A program made the translations under genes and the position numbers. From the NCBI RefSeq assembly GCF_028641065.1, contig NC_073386.1, forward strand, positions 50,344,001 through 50,408,000: a stretch of 64,000 nucleotides of DNA, in the 5' to 3' direction. The notes under the pieces were generated by a model. The model saw only the letters and a list, made by a program, of their open reading frames with translations, ran no database searches and was not told the origin of the DNA. This DNA is from Leucoraja erinacea (taxonomy: Eukaryota). Numbering within the stretch: position 1 is the first letter of the stretch; every line of letters starts with the position of its first letter. Shown here piece by piece: positions 62,888-64,000 of this stretch.

Positions 62888-63067
62888 AGCCAGGGATTAC
62901 TTACTTAAAGCACTGGAGAAATATCATCACCACTGTCTTTGCAAAATCCTCAAAATCTGCCAGGAGTCTGTATTTCATCGTATTTCAAGCCCTGGCAGAT
63001 TTTGAGGATTTTGCAGAGACAGTGGTGATGATATTTCTCCAGTGCTTTAAGTGAGTAATCCCTGGCT
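62888..63067. repeat. Inverted repeat, 77-bp arms with a 26-nt spacer
   Basis: 62888-62964 versus 62991-63067; two differences only. Confidence 0.95.
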
Positions 63068-64000
63068 CGGAAGATTACAAGGGGCTACAAGTATTGCCGT
63101 TTTGCACTGTACCACAACTGTGCTAGGTATGAATTCTTAATTTTAAAACAATTTTATCCCAGACTGCCAAAGCTTTTGCAGGTGCACCAATAAAAATTAT
63201 GAATTTCATTTTCAATAGCTCCTGAGATATGGGAAGTGGTTCATGTTTTTCAGGGATTTATACTTTTAGGCAGTATTGTGCGACAGTGTGAGTTGTTAAG
63301 GACCATTCTCTCATATGTTTCAGTTAAAGAACAGATGACGATGTGCAGCTTGGCCTCAACATATGCAGATTTAAGCTGAAGTGACCTTGGTTCTGGAATG
63401 GTGGTTACAAAGGTTGAAGAGTTTCCTCTAGCTCCATTCTGATAGCAATCTTGTTGAAAGTGTGCTGCAGTATTTCAGTGAGAAAGACAGGTATTAGGGT
63501 GATTACACGGTTCACTAGTCTGCATTAAAATTGGGTCTGTTATTTAGTTTAGTTTGCTTTAGAGATACTGACCATTGATCATCTCTACCATAGTTTTATG
63601 TTATTCCACTTTTGCATCCTACACACTAGCATCAATTTACAGAATCCAATTAACCTCCAAACTTGCATGTCTTTGGAATGTCTCTCTTGGGTGCAATACC
63701 ACCGAACAAAGACTGACTTCAAGACAGGTTGATACAGTTGCTTTTATCTATATAAGGGAATCAACATATTGTGAATCAATAATCTGGTCGAAGTGATAAG
63801 ATTTTTTGGATGGTGCGGTAGAAAATTGTACCGCACACAATGATAATGAAATTCTCTGGTCATCTCTGGCCTGGGATTACTTTCAACATCATAATCCCAA
63901 CAAAACTAATTTCCAAACTCCTGGACCAAAAGTCAAAGTCAATTTTATTTGTAACATGCACCCGAAGGTGCAGTGAAATGAATTTGCCAGCAGCGATGCA

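Overview
Vertebrate genomic DNA, most likely a cartilaginous fish (skate/ray-like; inferred from the repeat landscape and protein divergence, not proven). It carries the gene block YIPF1(-) / DIO1(+) / IFT25=HSPB11(-) / LRRC42(+, runs off the right edge), the same order as human 1p32. I reconstructed all coding exons by hand from splice sites and frame continuity. DIO1 is a selenoprotein with an in-frame TGA at 38415-38417. Its 3' UTR appears to contain TWO SECIS-like hairpins: a proximal one with a canonical core (40776-40850) and a distal one (42384-42451) that resembles the mammalian DIO1 SECIS but has a broken core. This is the most interesting signal in the window. Other notable items: a 1-nt frameshift in YIPF1; unusual DIO1 residues at positions affecting substrate and inhibitor response; a young Penelope element forming a ~1.57-kb inverted repeat with hammerhead-like motifs in DIO1 intron 1; an internally deleted Gypsy element with identical LTRs and an in-frame gag-RNaseH-integrase ORF nested in a Rex1 LINE; a full-length decayed L1 with TSD in IFT25 intron 2; an RFX X-box at IFT25; an intronic partial copy of an LRRC42 exon; and a fully pairable 77-bp intronic hairpin in LRRC42. 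Comparisons to human proteins and SECIS are from memory; no database search was run. Repeat boundaries are approximate unless a TSD is given.
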